A DNA stretch of 64,000 bases from an uncultured Actinomycetes bacterium (GTDB lineage: Bacteria; Actinomycetota; Thermoleophilia; UBA2241). The DNA is taken from the NCBI GenBank assembly GCA_963725665.1, contig CAVRZA010000004.1:160001-224000 (forward strand), read 5' to 3'. The notes under the pieces were generated by a model. The model saw only the letters and a program-made list of their open reading frames with translations, was not told where the DNA came from and ran no database searches. The position numbers and the translations under genes are program-made. Shown piece after piece: positions 1 through 10,525 of this stretch. Every line of letters starts with the position of its first letter. The first letter of the stretch is position 1.

Positions 1-72
1 ACAACGATGGTCGTCGTCGAGGCGGACCCATCGTGTCGCCTGACGTCGTCGGGGTGGTGTCAGGCGCGCCGC

Positions 73-386
73 CTACGCCGCCGCGTCGGCGGTCTCGGGC
101 TCGTGCACGCAAGACGGGCCCAGCGATCGCAGCGAGAAGTTCAGGAAGATGTGGTGGCCGTCGAAGTCGAGCACCCGCATGTCGTCAGTCGTCCCGAGGT
201 CCCTCGTGATATCCCTGTAGCGTGACCGTACAGTTCGCGGCAGCGGTCGATCGGGATCTCGTAGGCGATGAACTTCTCGAGGCCCTTGGCATGGAGTCTC
301 TCGATGAGCTCGGGGTCATCGATGGTCGGATATGAGCCAAGGAGCAGCAGCGGTCCGCTGCCGCCGAAGACGAGGATCCCTTTCAT
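73..386 (-). CDS. Conserved small hypothetical cytosolic protein (one frameshift near 225)
   Basis: MKGILVFGGSGPLLLL...FIAYEIP in ORF 141..722 continues after a frame change as RDITRDLGTTDDMRVLDFDGHHIFLNFSL to TAG at 73-75. Confidence 0.6.
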
Positions 387-712
387 GTGCCGCCCCCTGC
401 CGCGCGCGGCGAGTACACGCAGGATCGTTCCCGGCTTCATCGCCACGGAATCCTTGGTCCGCGGCGGCGTCGTCGCACAGCCGACACGCGCGAGCATGCG
501 GGCCGCTAAGCTGTACTCTCTGACAGCCTCGTCGTGAGGGCCTCTGCGATGCGAGTCCGTCGTCGATGTGCTTCGTGGGCCCGTCCCCGGCCTCTGGCGC
601 TTGCCCGCCGACTGCGAGAGGATGCGACGTGACGGAAGCCGTGCATCCGCCTCCGCCCGAGGGTGCCGGCGAAGGACGGGTAGCACCGGGCCGAGCGGCA
701 AGGAGACCCACC

Positions 713-1524
713 GTGGAGCCAAGCTACGACGAGATCACGCAGCGCAACATCGGCGTGTTCACGCCCGAGGAACAGGCGCGGATGCAGCACGCTGGTCGTA
801 GCCGTCGGAGGGTGCGGTGCCATCGGCGCTCCGGCGGCCCATTATCCTGGCTCGCCTCGGTGTGGGCGAGATGCGGCTCGCCGACCCCGAAGAGTTCGAG
901 GCATCCAATCTGAACCGTCAGTACGGCAGCCTACGTCGACACTATCGGCGTCAACAAGGCAGAGGCAGTGGCGTCCGAACTGAGGAGGATCAACCCTGAG
1001 ACTCATGCTCGCAAACGTTCGCCGACGGCGTTTGCGAGGGCTCCATCGGCGCACTCCTCGACGGCGCCGATGCAGTCGTCGACGCTGTCGATTTCTGCGC
1101 CCTTGACGCCGAGCTCCTCCTGCATCGGGAGGCTCGACGACGCGGGCTGTGGGTGTTCGCCAGCCAGGGAGCCGTCGAGATCACAACGGTGACGTGCTTC
1201 GATCCGGCGCAGCCCGCCCTTGAGGACATGGTATGCGTGAATGGCCGCCCCTCGGTCGCCAAAGCGATCGAGTCGTTCATGCCTGTGCTGCCCAAGGCGG
1301 CGACGCCCGAGGCGCTTGCGCGAGCCGTCGTTGGAGAGCTGCCGAGTGTACCTTCAGACGCATTGTCGGCTCTCGATGCTGCGTTCGTCGTGGATGAACT
1401 CGTCCGCGTGCTCGTTCGCCGGCTGGCTCCGCACGTCGTCGCTCCCGACCTCTACGTGTTCGACCAGGACGAGCTCTGGCTGCGCTTCTGGGACGCACGC
1501 AGAAACGCGTGGCGCGCGGGATAA
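713..1524 (+). CDS. ThiF/MoeB/HesA-family adenylyltransferase (several frameshifts)
   Basis: AAGGAG RBS and GTG at 713. Pieces in shifted frames: RNIGVFTPEEQ, VAVGGCGAIG, LARLGVG..LADPEEFEASNLNRQ, GVNKAEAVASELRRINP. Confidence 0.8.
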
Positions 1525-1665
1525 CCAGGTCCACTCTCAACTGGGGTGCGCTGCCGTATCCAGCGCCCTACCCCGGCAGCGCTCCGACGTAGACGACCGT
1601 TCTATCGCCTCCCTCGCCCCATCCTTCGATGACTCCAACGAGGGTTCTCGACAGGGGGTGTCTCC

Positions 1666-2448
1666 TTGCGCATCGAGCGGGTCACGGACGAGAGAGAACT
1701 GGTTCGGCTCTACGCCTTCCGCTACCGCGTCTTCGTCGAAGAGCTGGGGTGGATGGCGCGCAAGGACCGCGGCGCTCACATCCTCGTCGACGAGTTCGAC
1801 GGTGAGGCGGCCGAATACGCCGCCTACGACAACACGGGAGAGGTCGTGGGGAGTGTACGCGCCGTCCCCGACGGCCCGCTCGGCCTGCCCCTTGAGCGGT
1901 GTCGCGTGCTCGACGGCTACCGCAAGGACAAGAGACTCGTGGAACTCTCGCGTCTGGCCGTAGCCCCTGCCTGGCGTTGCACCCTTCTTGCGGCCTTGCT
2001 CATGAAAGCCGGCTACCAGTGGGCGGAGCGGACGGGGGCGACGCATCTCGTTCTCGACACCTACGTCGGCAAAGGCGTCTCACCTGACCGTCTCTACATC
2101 AAGCTCGGTTTCGAGCAGCTGACTCGCCCGTACCAAGACCCCGACTACCTCTGGAAGCAGGGCGTGGTGACGTTCTCGCTCGACATCGATGGGGCGAAGC
2201 GTGACTGGCCGAGCCTGCGGCCCAGCCTGCATCATTTCTTCACTGCCGAAGACGAGCGCATCGACCACGCGCTACCCCGCCGTCCGGAGTTGTTCGCGGT
2301 GCCGCGGCCGCAGCCAGAGCCGGAGCGGCGACGCGGAGGGATCGGCGCGCGGCTGCGGCCGCGGCCGGCGGCTGCCGAAGCGGCTCGGGCCCGCGCCTCA
2401 GCGACGGGCCAGAAGCCGGCCGAGACTCGCGGCGTCGACGGGGCGTGA
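1666..2448 (+). CDS. GNAT-fold acyltransferase, LuxI / FeeM N-acyl amino acid synthase-like
   Basis: FRYRVFVEELGW...DEFD, GSVRAVP and VELSRLAV motifs. The Arg-rich C-terminal tail may be a frameshift artefact. Confidence 0.75.
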   Translation: MRIERVTDERELVRLYAFRYRVFVEELGWMARKDRGAHILVDEFDGEAAEYAAYDNTGEVVGSVRAVPDGPLGLPLERCRVLDGYRKDKRLVELSRLAVAPAWRCTLLAALLMKAGYQWAERTGATHLVLDTYVGKGVSPDRLYIKLGFEQLTRPYQDPDYLWKQGVVTFSLDIDGAKRDWPSLRPSLHHFFTAEDERIDHALPRRPELFAVPRPQPEPERRRGGIGARLRPRPAAAEAARARASATGQKPAETRGVDGA

Positions 2449-5112
2449 CGAGTAGAATCCCTGGCCCAGCTTGCAGCCTAACCGCCGCAGCTCGCGCATC
2501 TGCTGTTCCTGCTCGATGCCTTCGGCTACGACCTCGAGCTGGAGCGTCTCGCCCAGGGTGATGATGGCGCGCGCGAGCGCGGAGTGGTCCTCGCCGTCGG
2601 CCACGTGGTCGACGAACGGCTTGGCGATCTTCACACCGTCGACCGGGAACTGGCGCAGATAGCTTAGCGACGAGTAGCCGGTGCCGAAGTCGTCGATCGA
2701 CAGTCGTATGCCGAGCGCCTTGAGCTCCCTGAGCCTCGCCAGGGTGGTGTAGCTGTCCTCGACCAGCGCGGTCTCGGTGATCTCGAGCGTGAGATTGGCC
2801 GGGTCGATCCCGGAGGTCTCCAGCGCGGCGCTGACCTTCTCGACAAGGAGGGGGTCCTTGATCTGCCGCGGGGAGAGGTTGACCGACATGCGTAGCGGCG
2901 TGTCTTTGAAGCGGTCTCCCCACTGGCGGAGCTGACGACACGCCTGGTCGAGAACGAAGTCGCCGATGGGGATGATGAGCCCAGTCTCCTCGGCGACCTG
3001 GATGAACCAGCCCGGGAGCTTGAGGCCCTCGCGAGGATGTTCCCAGCGCACCAGTGCTTCGGTGCCCACGATGCACTGCGTCCTGATCTCGATGATCGGC
3101 TGGTAGAAGACGACGAACTCGTTGCGCTCGACCGCTCGGCGGAGTTCATTCGCCAGCTCGAGCCTTTCGTACACCGCCGCCTGCATGGCCGGCTCGAAGA
3201 CCTCGAGGCGATCCTTGCCGTGTGCTTTCGCCGAGTACATCGCGACGTCGGCGTCGCGCAGAAGCTCCTCCGCGGACGTGTGGGAGCCGTCAGACACGGC
3301 CACCCCAACGCTTACCGATATCGAGAGGTGCGTCGTATCGAGCGAGAAAGCTTCGTCGAACAGGTCGAGCACTCGCTGGGCGACCCGGCACGCCTCGTCG
3401 AGGTCGGTCGCCCCCTCGAGCAGAATGGCGAACTCATCCCCCCCGAGCCTTGCCGCGGTGTCGCTGGCTCTGAGCATGCCGCGCACCCGCTGGGCCACTT
3501 GCACCAGCAGGTTGTCGCCCAGCACGTGGCCGTAGCTGTCGTTGACGAGCTTGAAGTCGTCGATGTCCATGAACAGCACGGCGACATCGACCCCCGTTCT
3601 GGCGGCGTTAGCGAGCGCGTGCTCGACTCGGTCCTTGAAGAGCACGCGGTTCGCGAGTCCGGTCAGGGCATCGTGGAAGGCTTGGTGCTGGAGCTCGTTC
3701 TGAAAGCGGATACGTTCGCCGATGTCCCGCGAGGTGAACACGAGGCCGTGCACGTGAGGATCCTCGAGCAAGTTGGCTATGACCGTCTCCGTGAAATGCC
3801 ACGTTCCTTCATGGTCGCTCATACGCCACTCACCGCGCACGCTGCGCACCGGTTGGCTGGCGCAGTGCGCCACCAACGACAACATGGAGTTGCGGTCGTC
3901 GGGGTGCACCAGGTCGCTGAGCCGGTGTTCCGCGAGGTCCTCGGCGACGTAGCCGAGGACGCTCAGCGCGGACGGAGTGGCGTAGAGGATCGACGTCTCC
4001 TCGTCGGTCACGAGGATGGTGTCGGACGAGTTGGTGACGAGCGAGCGAAAACGCTCCTCCGTCTCGTGCGAGCCCTTGAGCTCGTGCAGGGTACCGCTCT
4101 CGCGTAGGGCCACGACCTGCCTCGCCAAGAGCAGCGGTGTCACGGCCACGGCGGCCAGGATCATCAAGCCGAGCGAAGTGTCGAGAATACCCACGGCGGC
4201 CAGCAGGAGGACCCCGAACCCGGCGGTGGCTGCCACGTAGGCTACGAGATAGGCGAACAGGTTCGGGATGACGATCTCGTGCTGGGGGCCTTCATCGGAT
4301 TTGTTCCGCAATCGCTCGTAGCCTGCCCAGGCAACGAGGATCCAGGACAGCGCGCCCATGCAACTCTGGAGGGTCGCGTTGCCGGTACCGCCATCGATGG
4401 TCTGGTAGCCGTAGATGAGGTCGCTGGCGAGCAGGAGCAGAAGCGCGGCTCCAAGCGCAACCATGCTCGCGTCGCGTGGTAGGGACCGCCGGCGCACGAT
4501 GAGCGATACGAGGCCGAAGACGAGGAGCACGTCGCCCAACGGGAAGGCGGCGGAGACGATCAGCGAAGGCAGGCTTCCTTGAGCCGACGCGAACGTCGGC
4601 ACGATCAGGGTGTAGGCGACGACCATGCCCGCGCCGAAGAGCACCGCCACGGCGTCGAGGGCGAAGCCGACAGCCTCGGCGCGCGTCGTAACGGCTTTGG
4701 GAAACTGCAGCAGCCCCGCCACCGAAAGCGGATAGAAGGCAAGAAAACAGACATCGGCCCACGAGGGCGACGGCACGTAGCCCAGCAGCGCCCCATAGGC
4801 GAAGGTGATCAGGCTGCCGAGCAGCACCGCGAACAGGCCAACGCTGACAAGGAGCCACGGCCTGCGCCACCTCCCGGGCTGCGCCAGCGCCGACAGGAAG
4901 AACAGCACGGTCGACAGGACGACCAGCGCCTCGAAGCTGAGGCTGCTCAGTGCACTGCCGTCGGCGAGCCCCCACCACGCGGAGACACTGGTGAGGATGC
5001 ACAGGCCGCCGACCACGTTGGCGGCTATCAGAAGAAGACGATGCGCATTCGAACGGAGCGTTGCGTGCCGCGATGCCGCTGGACGAGCAAGGGCGGTGTG
5101 CGCCACCGACAT
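2398..5112 (-). CDS. Membrane sensor PAS-GGDEF-EAL c-di-GMP enzyme
   Basis: ~9-10 hydrophobic helices, PAS, RLGGDEF, TEALVRW, IDDFGTGYSSL. Start taken at MSVAHT. Confidence 0.92.
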   Translation of the reverse strand: MSVAHTALARPAASRHATLRSNAHRLLLIAANVVGGLCILTSVSAWWGLADGSALSSLSFEALVVLSTVLFFLSALAQPGRWRRPWLLVSVGLFAVLLGSLITFAYGALLGYVPSPSWADVCFLAFYPLSVAGLLQFPKAVTTRAEAVGFALDAVAVLFGAGMVVAYTLIVPTFASAQGSLPSLIVSAAFPLGDVLLVFGLVSLIVRRRSLPRDASMVALGAALLLLLASDLIYGYQTIDGGTGNATLQSCMGALSWILVAWAGYERLRNKSDEGPQHEIVIPNLFAYLVAYVAATAGFGVLLLAAVGILDTSLGLMILAAVAVTPLLLARQVVALRESGTLHELKGSHETEERFRSLVTNSSDTILVTDEETSILYATPSALSVLGYVAEDLAEHRLSDLVHPDDRNSMLSLVAHCASQPVRSVRGEWRMSDHEGTWHFTETVIANLLEDPHVHGLVFTSRDIGERIRFQNELQHQAFHDALTGLANRVLFKDRVEHALANAARTGVDVAVLFMDIDDFKLVNDSYGHVLGDNLLVQVAQRVRGMLRASDTAARLGGDEFAILLEGATDLDEACRVAQRVLDLFDEAFSLDTTHLSISVSVGVAVSDGSHTSAEELLRDADVAMYSAKAHGKDRLEVFEPAMQAAVYERLELANELRRAVERNEFVVFYQPIIEIRTQCIVGTEALVRWEHPREGLKLPGWFIQVAEETGLIIPIGDFVLDQACRQLRQWGDRFKDTPLRMSVNLSPRQIKDPLLVEKVSAALETSGIDPANLTLEITETALVEDSYTTLARLRELKALGIRLSIDDFGTGYSSLSYLRQFPVDGVKIAKPFVDHVADGEDHSALARAIITLGETLQLEVVAEGIEQEQQMRELRRLGCKLGQGFYSSRPVDAASLGRLLARR

Positions 5113-5327
5113 GGACTCTCCCGCTTGACTCCGAGCTGGTGCGCGGCCGACACGCGCCCCAAGCATTTGCCGTAAGAGAGAGAGTCGGCACGCGGTAGCC
5201 TCCGCTTGAGGTGACTGCGTCGGCTGGGGAACCGGGGTGGGGGCGGGCATCGGGGCGCTGAGTACGGCGTCGGCCGTCTCGGCCGGACCGCGCCGCCACT
5301 GGGCTTGAGATGATGAGGCCGGGCCGT

Positions 5328-6437
5328 TCACTCGCGGTAGATCTTGACTCTGTTCTTGCCGGCGCCCTTCGCTTCGCAGAGCGCCTCCTCTGCGGCTGCC
5401 GCGAGCTCGTCGGCGTCGTCGCACTGGGCGGGAAGACCAGCTACGCCGGCGCTCAGCGTGAAGCGCCCCAGGTACTCGTCTTCGCCGGTCCTGAAGTCGG
5501 TGACCTCTAGCAAGTTGCGCATGCGCTCGGCGACCAGGGCGGCGCCTTCTTTGGTGCAAGGTGTGTTGGGGAGAAGGAGGGCGAACCTGGCCCCAGCGCA
5601 GCGGTAGGCGAGGTCGACCTTGTGCCGCATGCTTCCCTTGAGCAAGCGGCTCACCGCCCGGAGCAGGTACGTTCCCTTCGCTTGGCCTCGCTCCTCGACG
5701 AACTCTTCGAAGTCGTCGACTTCGAAGAGAATGGCCGACAGGGGCTGGCCGTAGCGGCGCGCACGTGCCGTCTCGGAGAGCAGTCGCTCGTGGAAGTGCC
5801 AGCCGCTGTAGAAGCCGGTGACGCTGTCCGTCATCGCTTCACTCCCGACGTTGCGCCTCAGGCAAGCGATCTCGAGGGCGGTGGCGGCGCTGTTGGCGAG
5901 TGCCTGCAGGTAGGCGGCTTCTTGCTCACCGGGCGGGTCCGATCGGTGGGCCTGCACGTTCACATAGCCCCACGGCTCGTTGCGCGACAGGAGCGGGATC
6001 ACGAGACGGATCTGTCCGCCGCGGCTGGCCCACGCCAGCCGGCGCCGCTGGAGCGCTTTCCCCACGAAGGGGTCGGTGGGTGCCGACTCGGGCTGCGTGC
6101 CGGCGGCGTTCTTCCGGGCGTGCGTATCCGTCGTGCGTCTCGCGGGCTTTGCCCGTCCCAGGCACACATCGACTTGGTGGTCGGTCTCCGCGAGCACGCG
6201 AGTGACCTCTGTCACGAGGATCTCGGAGATGTCGTGCATGTTCTTGGCTACGCTCATCGCGCTGATCGCTCGCAAGAGCGAGTCGAAGGTCGCCGTCTGT
6301 GGCGCTCCCGGACTTTCCGGTGAAGCGGTCCTCGCAGGCGCCCGGCGTGAGGCCGGCTTGCGCTCCGCCGCGTTGCCGTTGTCGCCTCCCCGACCAGGCA
6401 GGCCGACGGGTCCTTTGCGCCTTCTCTCGCTCGACAT
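5328..6437 (-). CDS. GAF + degenerate GGDEF-domain protein
   Basis: DSVTGFYS...VDDF framework, but the active-site loop reads RCAGARF instead of RxGGDEF. Confidence 0.85.
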   Translation of the reverse strand: MSSERRRKGPVGLPGRGGDNGNAAERKPASRRAPARTASPESPGAPQTATFDSLLRAISAMSVAKNMHDISEILVTEVTRVLAETDHQVDVCLGRAKPARRTTDTHARKNAAGTQPESAPTDPFVGKALQRRRLAWASRGGQIRLVIPLLSRNEPWGYVNVQAHRSDPPGEQEAAYLQALANSAATALEIACLRRNVGSEAMTDSVTGFYSGWHFHERLLSETARARRYGQPLSAILFEVDDFEEFVEERGQAKGTYLLRAVSRLLKGSMRHKVDLAYRCAGARFALLLPNTPCTKEGAALVAERMRNLLEVTDFRTGEDEYLGRFTLSAGVAGLPAQCDDADELAAAAEEALCEAKGAGKNRVKIYRE

Positions 6438-6506
6438 CGTGACCTCACGCCGGCTGACTGCCGCCACACGAGCCTCCAGCTGCTTGCCGGGTCCCTCCAT
6501 CGCTTG

Positions 6507-7607
6507 TCAGGTACTCGCCGCCGCCGTCGCCGCACTGAGTGCGCGAGGCCGTGCGTGCTTGACCTCGTACATGCGTGCATCCGCGCGAGCCAGGAGCGCG
6601 TCTATGCGGCCGAGCTCTTCCCACGTCGCAACGATGGTGCCGAAGCTCAGCGAGAGGTCATAGTCGTCCCCGAGCTCCGCGCGCTTGTCGGCCACGTTGT
6701 GCTCGAGGCGCGCAAGCATCGTCTGCTGATCGAGTCGCTCGTGGTCCCGGCCCAGGATGGCCAGGGCGACGAACTCGTCGCCGCCGATGCGCGCCAGGAT
6801 GTCGTCCTGTCGGAACGTGAGTCTCAGCGTGTCGGCGGCGGCGATGACGAGGACGTCACCCGCCGCATGGCCGAGACGATCGTTGACGTGCTTGAGGCCG
6901 TCGACGTCGAAGTACATCAGCAGGACTTGGGCGCTGAGGCGTCTCGCCCGCGGTCTGGCCTGATCGACCATGGCGAAGAAGCCCCTGCGATTGAGGAGCC
7001 CGGTCAGGTCGTCGCGGTGAGAGATGCCCAGCAGGCGCTCCTCTTCCTCTTTGCGCGTCGCGATGTCGCGGGCGATGGCGAGGTAGAGCGTCTGGCTGTG
7101 GATCTCGATCTGGCGAGCGCTCATCTCCACGGGCAGGCGCTCGTTGTCCCTCGTCAGGAGCGTGGTCTCGAAGACCAGGTGGTGTGCGTCGTGGAGGGTC
7201 TGCCAGTGCTGGTGGGTCGCGCGGCGCGCCTCTGGAGCGATGACCTCCTCGGCCGAGATCGCGAGGAGCTCCGGCCGAGAGTAGCCGAGGGTCATGCAGG
7301 CGGCTTCGTTCACCTCGGTGAAGACCGGAGCGGCTTCGTCGTCAGTCTGGCCTTGCACGAACAGGGCGTCGCTGCAGGCGTCGAAGAGCACCCTGTAGCG
7401 CCGCTCGCTCTCGAGTTGCTCTCGGTGAGCCGTCTCGAGCGAGTCGATCGTAGAGAGGAGAGCGCTGCGTTGTGAGAAGACCACGGCCACCGTGAGCGCG
7501 AGAAAGAGCAGGCTGAGGACGTACTGTGCCGTCTCGGGCAGGATCCACTGACCGGCGGCGACCGCGGCTGCGGCGAATACGAGCGCCATGGCCGTTCGGC
7601 GGTTCAT
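6507..7607 (-). CDS. Membrane-anchored PAS-GGDEF diguanylate cyclase
   Basis: Two N-terminal TM helices, PAS, DDLTGLLNR, RQDD I-site, RIGGDEF. Confidence 0.9.
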   Translation of the reverse strand: MNRRTAMALVFAAAAVAAGQWILPETAQYVLSLLFLALTVAVVFSQRSALLSTIDSLETAHREQLESERRYRVLFDACSDALFVQGQTDDEAAPVFTEVNEAACMTLGYSRPELLAISAEEVIAPEARRATHQHWQTLHDAHHLVFETTLLTRDNERLPVEMSARQIEIHSQTLYLAIARDIATRKEEEERLLGISHRDDLTGLLNRRGFFAMVDQARPRARRLSAQVLLMYFDVDGLKHVNDRLGHAAGDVLVIAAADTLRLTFRQDDILARIGGDEFVALAILGRDHERLDQQTMLARLEHNVADKRAELGDDYDLSLSFGTIVATWEELGRIDALLARADARMYEVKHARPRALSAATAAAST

Positions 7608-7767
7608 GCTTCGCCCTGCCTTGGGCGAGGGATCGCGCGGTCGATCAAGCTCGCACCCCGTTCCTGCCGGTCTTGGAGACAACCCACGTTAGGGGCATCG
7701 GTCGGCAGAGGGGCGGCGACAAGCCCTCCTAGACGGATATACTCCCCGCCTCCGGCAGCCTCGGGGG

Positions 7768-7822
7768 ACCGTCGGGGAGTCGTCTGGCAGCTGTCTGGTA
7801 GGTGTCTGGGGGTCGTCTGGGG
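7768..7822. repeat. 11-bp period tandem direct repeat (x5, degenerate)
   Basis: accgtcgggga gtcgtctggca gctgtctggta ggtgtctgggg gtcgtctgggg. Confidence 0.7.
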
Positions 7823-8011
7823 CTGCGCATGCGGACGATGCGGACCTCTTGCCACGTGCCGCTCTTGCCGCTCGCCGTCATGCCGGCGAAATCGCCCTTC
7901 ATCGTGCCGGAGGCCGAGAAGCACTGCACCGGCAGTCTCCTTCAGCGTCCTGCCCCAGCAAGGTGTACTTGAGGCCGCGTCTTGACGTCGGCGGAATGTC
8001 GCCGCGTCATG

Positions 8012-9246
8012 TCAAGGCAGCCACGCCGGCAGGCTCCCGGCGCCGAGCTGGGCGGCCGAAGTCGCAACCGCCGGATCGACCGTCCACAGGGTAGCTACGT
8101 CGTTCCCGGCCGTGAGGCTGCGCAGAGCGAAGCTGATCTGCGTCCCGTCGGGCGACCACGAGAGCCTGGTGACTGCCACCTTCGAGAACGGCCCGACCCA
8201 GCTGAGCTTGCGCGCCGAGATGTCGTAGACGTAGAGGCGCGTGGTCGTCATCGAACCCGCGGGCGGCATGCCCCAGAAAGCGACCTTTGCTACCCAGCGG
8301 TCGCCACCCCGTCGCGTCGCGTCCGGCGAGCGTCGTGGCCTTCGTGAAGAGGGCGTTGCCGGTCGTCACCCAGCGCACCATGTAGCTCACGGAGACGTCT
8401 GAGCCGGTGGTCGACGTGATGACGAAGCGGCCGCGGGGAGAGACGCGCGGGTCGCGGAAGCGCCGGATGTCGTACGAGCCGGAGTAGCGAGCGCGAGCGA
8501 TCACCCTCGGTGTGGTCCCCGAGGCGAGCTTGAGCGAGACCAGCTTCTCGCTGATCAGGCGCGAGCCGGGCTCGCTCGGGGCGGGCCCGGCGTCCGCCAG
8601 GCGGACGTAGACGAGCCTGGCCGCGGCCGGGGCCGCCGACGGCTCCGTGCCGCGCAGGTCGCGGAACGAGGCCGAGACGCCCGAGACGACGTTGAGGGAG
8701 TAGAGCCTGTCGCTCATGGGGTAGGCCACGCGCGTGGCTCTCGGCGACCCTGCGACGAGGAGCCTGGTGGAGGAGAGCCAGGTGAAGGAGTCGACCGACC
8801 TGACGCCGCGCGCGGCGAGCGACAGCGCTTTCACCGTCGCGTTGGCGACGTCGCAGACGTAGACCTTGGGACCTATGGCGGTGGGCAGCAGCGCCAGGCG
8901 GGCGCCGTCGGGCGACGCCTCGATGCGCGACGGCCTGAAGGCGAGGTCGACGAGCTTGGTCGCTGCGCCGTCGGTGGGCGCGACGCGCCACAGCGCGTCG
9001 CGCCCACCCTCCCTGCGCACGACGATGATCGATGATGGCTGCGCGTCGGCAGCGACGATCGAAGCGCTCGCCACCGAGCCCCGGGGCGATCGAGCGCGAG
9101 ACGCCCGCGTCGGCGCGGAGCGGGGTCGCGCCGGCGACGAGGAGCGCGCCGAGGAGGGCCAGGAGCCCCGCCAAGGCAGACAGAGCGACGACGGTCTTGC
9201 CCGCGCGCCGCCCGCCTCTTCCCAGTCCCGCAGTGACATCTACCAT
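8012..9246 (-). CDS. Secreted TolB-like beta-propeller protein (frameshifted)
   Basis: Signal-like N-terminus (ORF 8290..9354), SPDGARLA / SPRGRFV / WSPDGTQISF repeats spread over three frames. Confidence 0.7.
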
Positions 9247-9410
9247 GACTGCCTCTCTCCCTCGGCGGCCGGGCACGCGACAGGCGCCAGTCAGCGCCAT
9301 AAGAGCGCCGCTGCTCGCCCGCGAGACGCGGCTCGCGTTCTCTCGGCGTCGCACCGGCTCACGCCTTCCCGGCGTTGTGCTGGCGACGCGATCGTGGGGC
9401 GGCTTCGCTC

Positions 9411-9734
9411 CTAGGAGTCTGCCGCCAGGACCTCGTCGACCCAGCCGATCCCGGCGATCGCGGCCGGGAACCCGCAGGTCGTGATCGCCAGAAGGCCGAC
9501 GTGCCGGACCTCCTCGGAGCTCGCTCCGGCGGCCAGCGCCTTCCTGGCGTTCGAGCGCACCGCTCCCTCCGCCAACGCGCCGATGGCAAGCCCGAGCTTC
9601 ACCAGGCGCGCCGTACGCTCGTCGAGCGGCCCGGCACCGTCTACCGCCTCTCCCAACGCGTCGAGGGCGCTCGAGACGTCGGGATACCCGCTGCGGAACT
9701 TGAGATACACCTCTGGCAGATGCTCATCGATCAC
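9411..9734 (-). CDS. Carboxymuconolactone decarboxylase (CMD/AhpD-like) family protein
   Basis: GPLDERTARLVKLGLAIG...ALAAGASSEEV...TTCGFP. Confidence 0.85.
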   Translation of the reverse strand: MIDEHLPEVYLKFRSGYPDVSSALDALGEAVDGAGPLDERTARLVKLGLAIGALAEGAVRSNARKALAAGASSEEVRHVGLLAITTCGFPAAIAGIGWVDEVLAADS

Positions 9735-9829
9735 GGTGGGGCCTCCTGGTCGAGCCTGTCACGGCGTGGGGCCGCCCCTGGCGGTGTTGGCATTCTACCG
9801 CTGCGCAGCGGCGGGTAATCCGGGGATAC

Positions 9830-10141
9830 TCAGAGTGCAGCCTGGATCTCGGCGACCGTCTCCTCGCTGGGAAGGCCGCTCGACAGGGTGACGACCGCGA
9901 CCGTCGGCCCGAAGGACCTGGCGGCTGTGAAGGCCGCCCGCAGCGCCCGGAACATGGACTCCTCGTCCCCTCGCGCGAACGTGCTCAGCCTGCCCACCGT
10001 GAGGTCGACACCCTCGTCGGCGGCCGCCTTGACGGCGGCCCGGACCGCCGGGCCGACGTGAGGCTGCCGCAGGGGATAGACGGAGAGTTGCAGACCCATC
10101 TCGTCGTTTGTGTCTGCGAGAGAGTCGGACATCAGTCTCAT
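9830..10141 (-). CDS. YkoF / thiamine-binding-like small protein
   Basis: QLSVYPL...VGRLSTFARGD motif, ~100 aa. Confidence 0.7.
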   Translation of the reverse strand: MRLMSDSLADTNDEMGLQLSVYPLRQPHVGPAVRAAVKAAADEGVDLTVGRLSTFARGDEESMFRALRAAFTAARSFGPTVAVVTLSSGLPSEETVAEIQAAL

Positions 10142-10186
10142 CCTCCTTGTGCCTCGTCGGTCATGTGCTCCACGGGTGGGGCGGCC

Positions 10187-10477
10187 CTAGATGACATATG
10201 CACAGCCGTTCCAGAACGCCCTGATCTTCTGCGTTCGCCCGTGGACTTCAAGCACTAGTTCGTGGGGGACGCCACGGGCGCCTGCGTCGAGGTAGAGATC
10301 GAAACCGCCGGCGTCGATCGGGTCGGCTTGCTGCCTCCATCCCGGCGGGCGGATCGTGTCGGCGGCGAGAAGCGTGAGGCTCCCACTGCAGCAGCGGTGG
10401 CTGGTTGTCCACACGTAAAGGTGGCCGCCGTGCTCGCGGACGAACGCCCTGACCTGGTCTGACGCGAGTATCCTCAT
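10187..10477 (-). CDS. Small CC-motif hypothetical protein
   Basis: 96 aa, VREHGGHLYV...RCCSG, in operon context with AGGAGG RBS. Confidence 0.65.
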   Translation of the reverse strand: MRILASDQVRAFVREHGGHLYVWTTSHRCCSGSLTLLAADTIRPPGWRQQADPIDAGGFDLYLDAGARGVPHELVLEVHGRTQKIRAFWNGCAYVI

Positions 10478-10525
10478 CCCGACCTCCTGGGCGCCTGCCC
10501 GGGCAGCCTAGCGTCGTCGCCCAAG

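Noticed and set aside
7729-7929. Small ORF resembling a SnoaL/ester-cyclase fragment (GTMKGDFAGMTASGK)
   Set aside because: Too short, it lacks an N-terminus and runs into the 11-bp repeat. At most a remnant.
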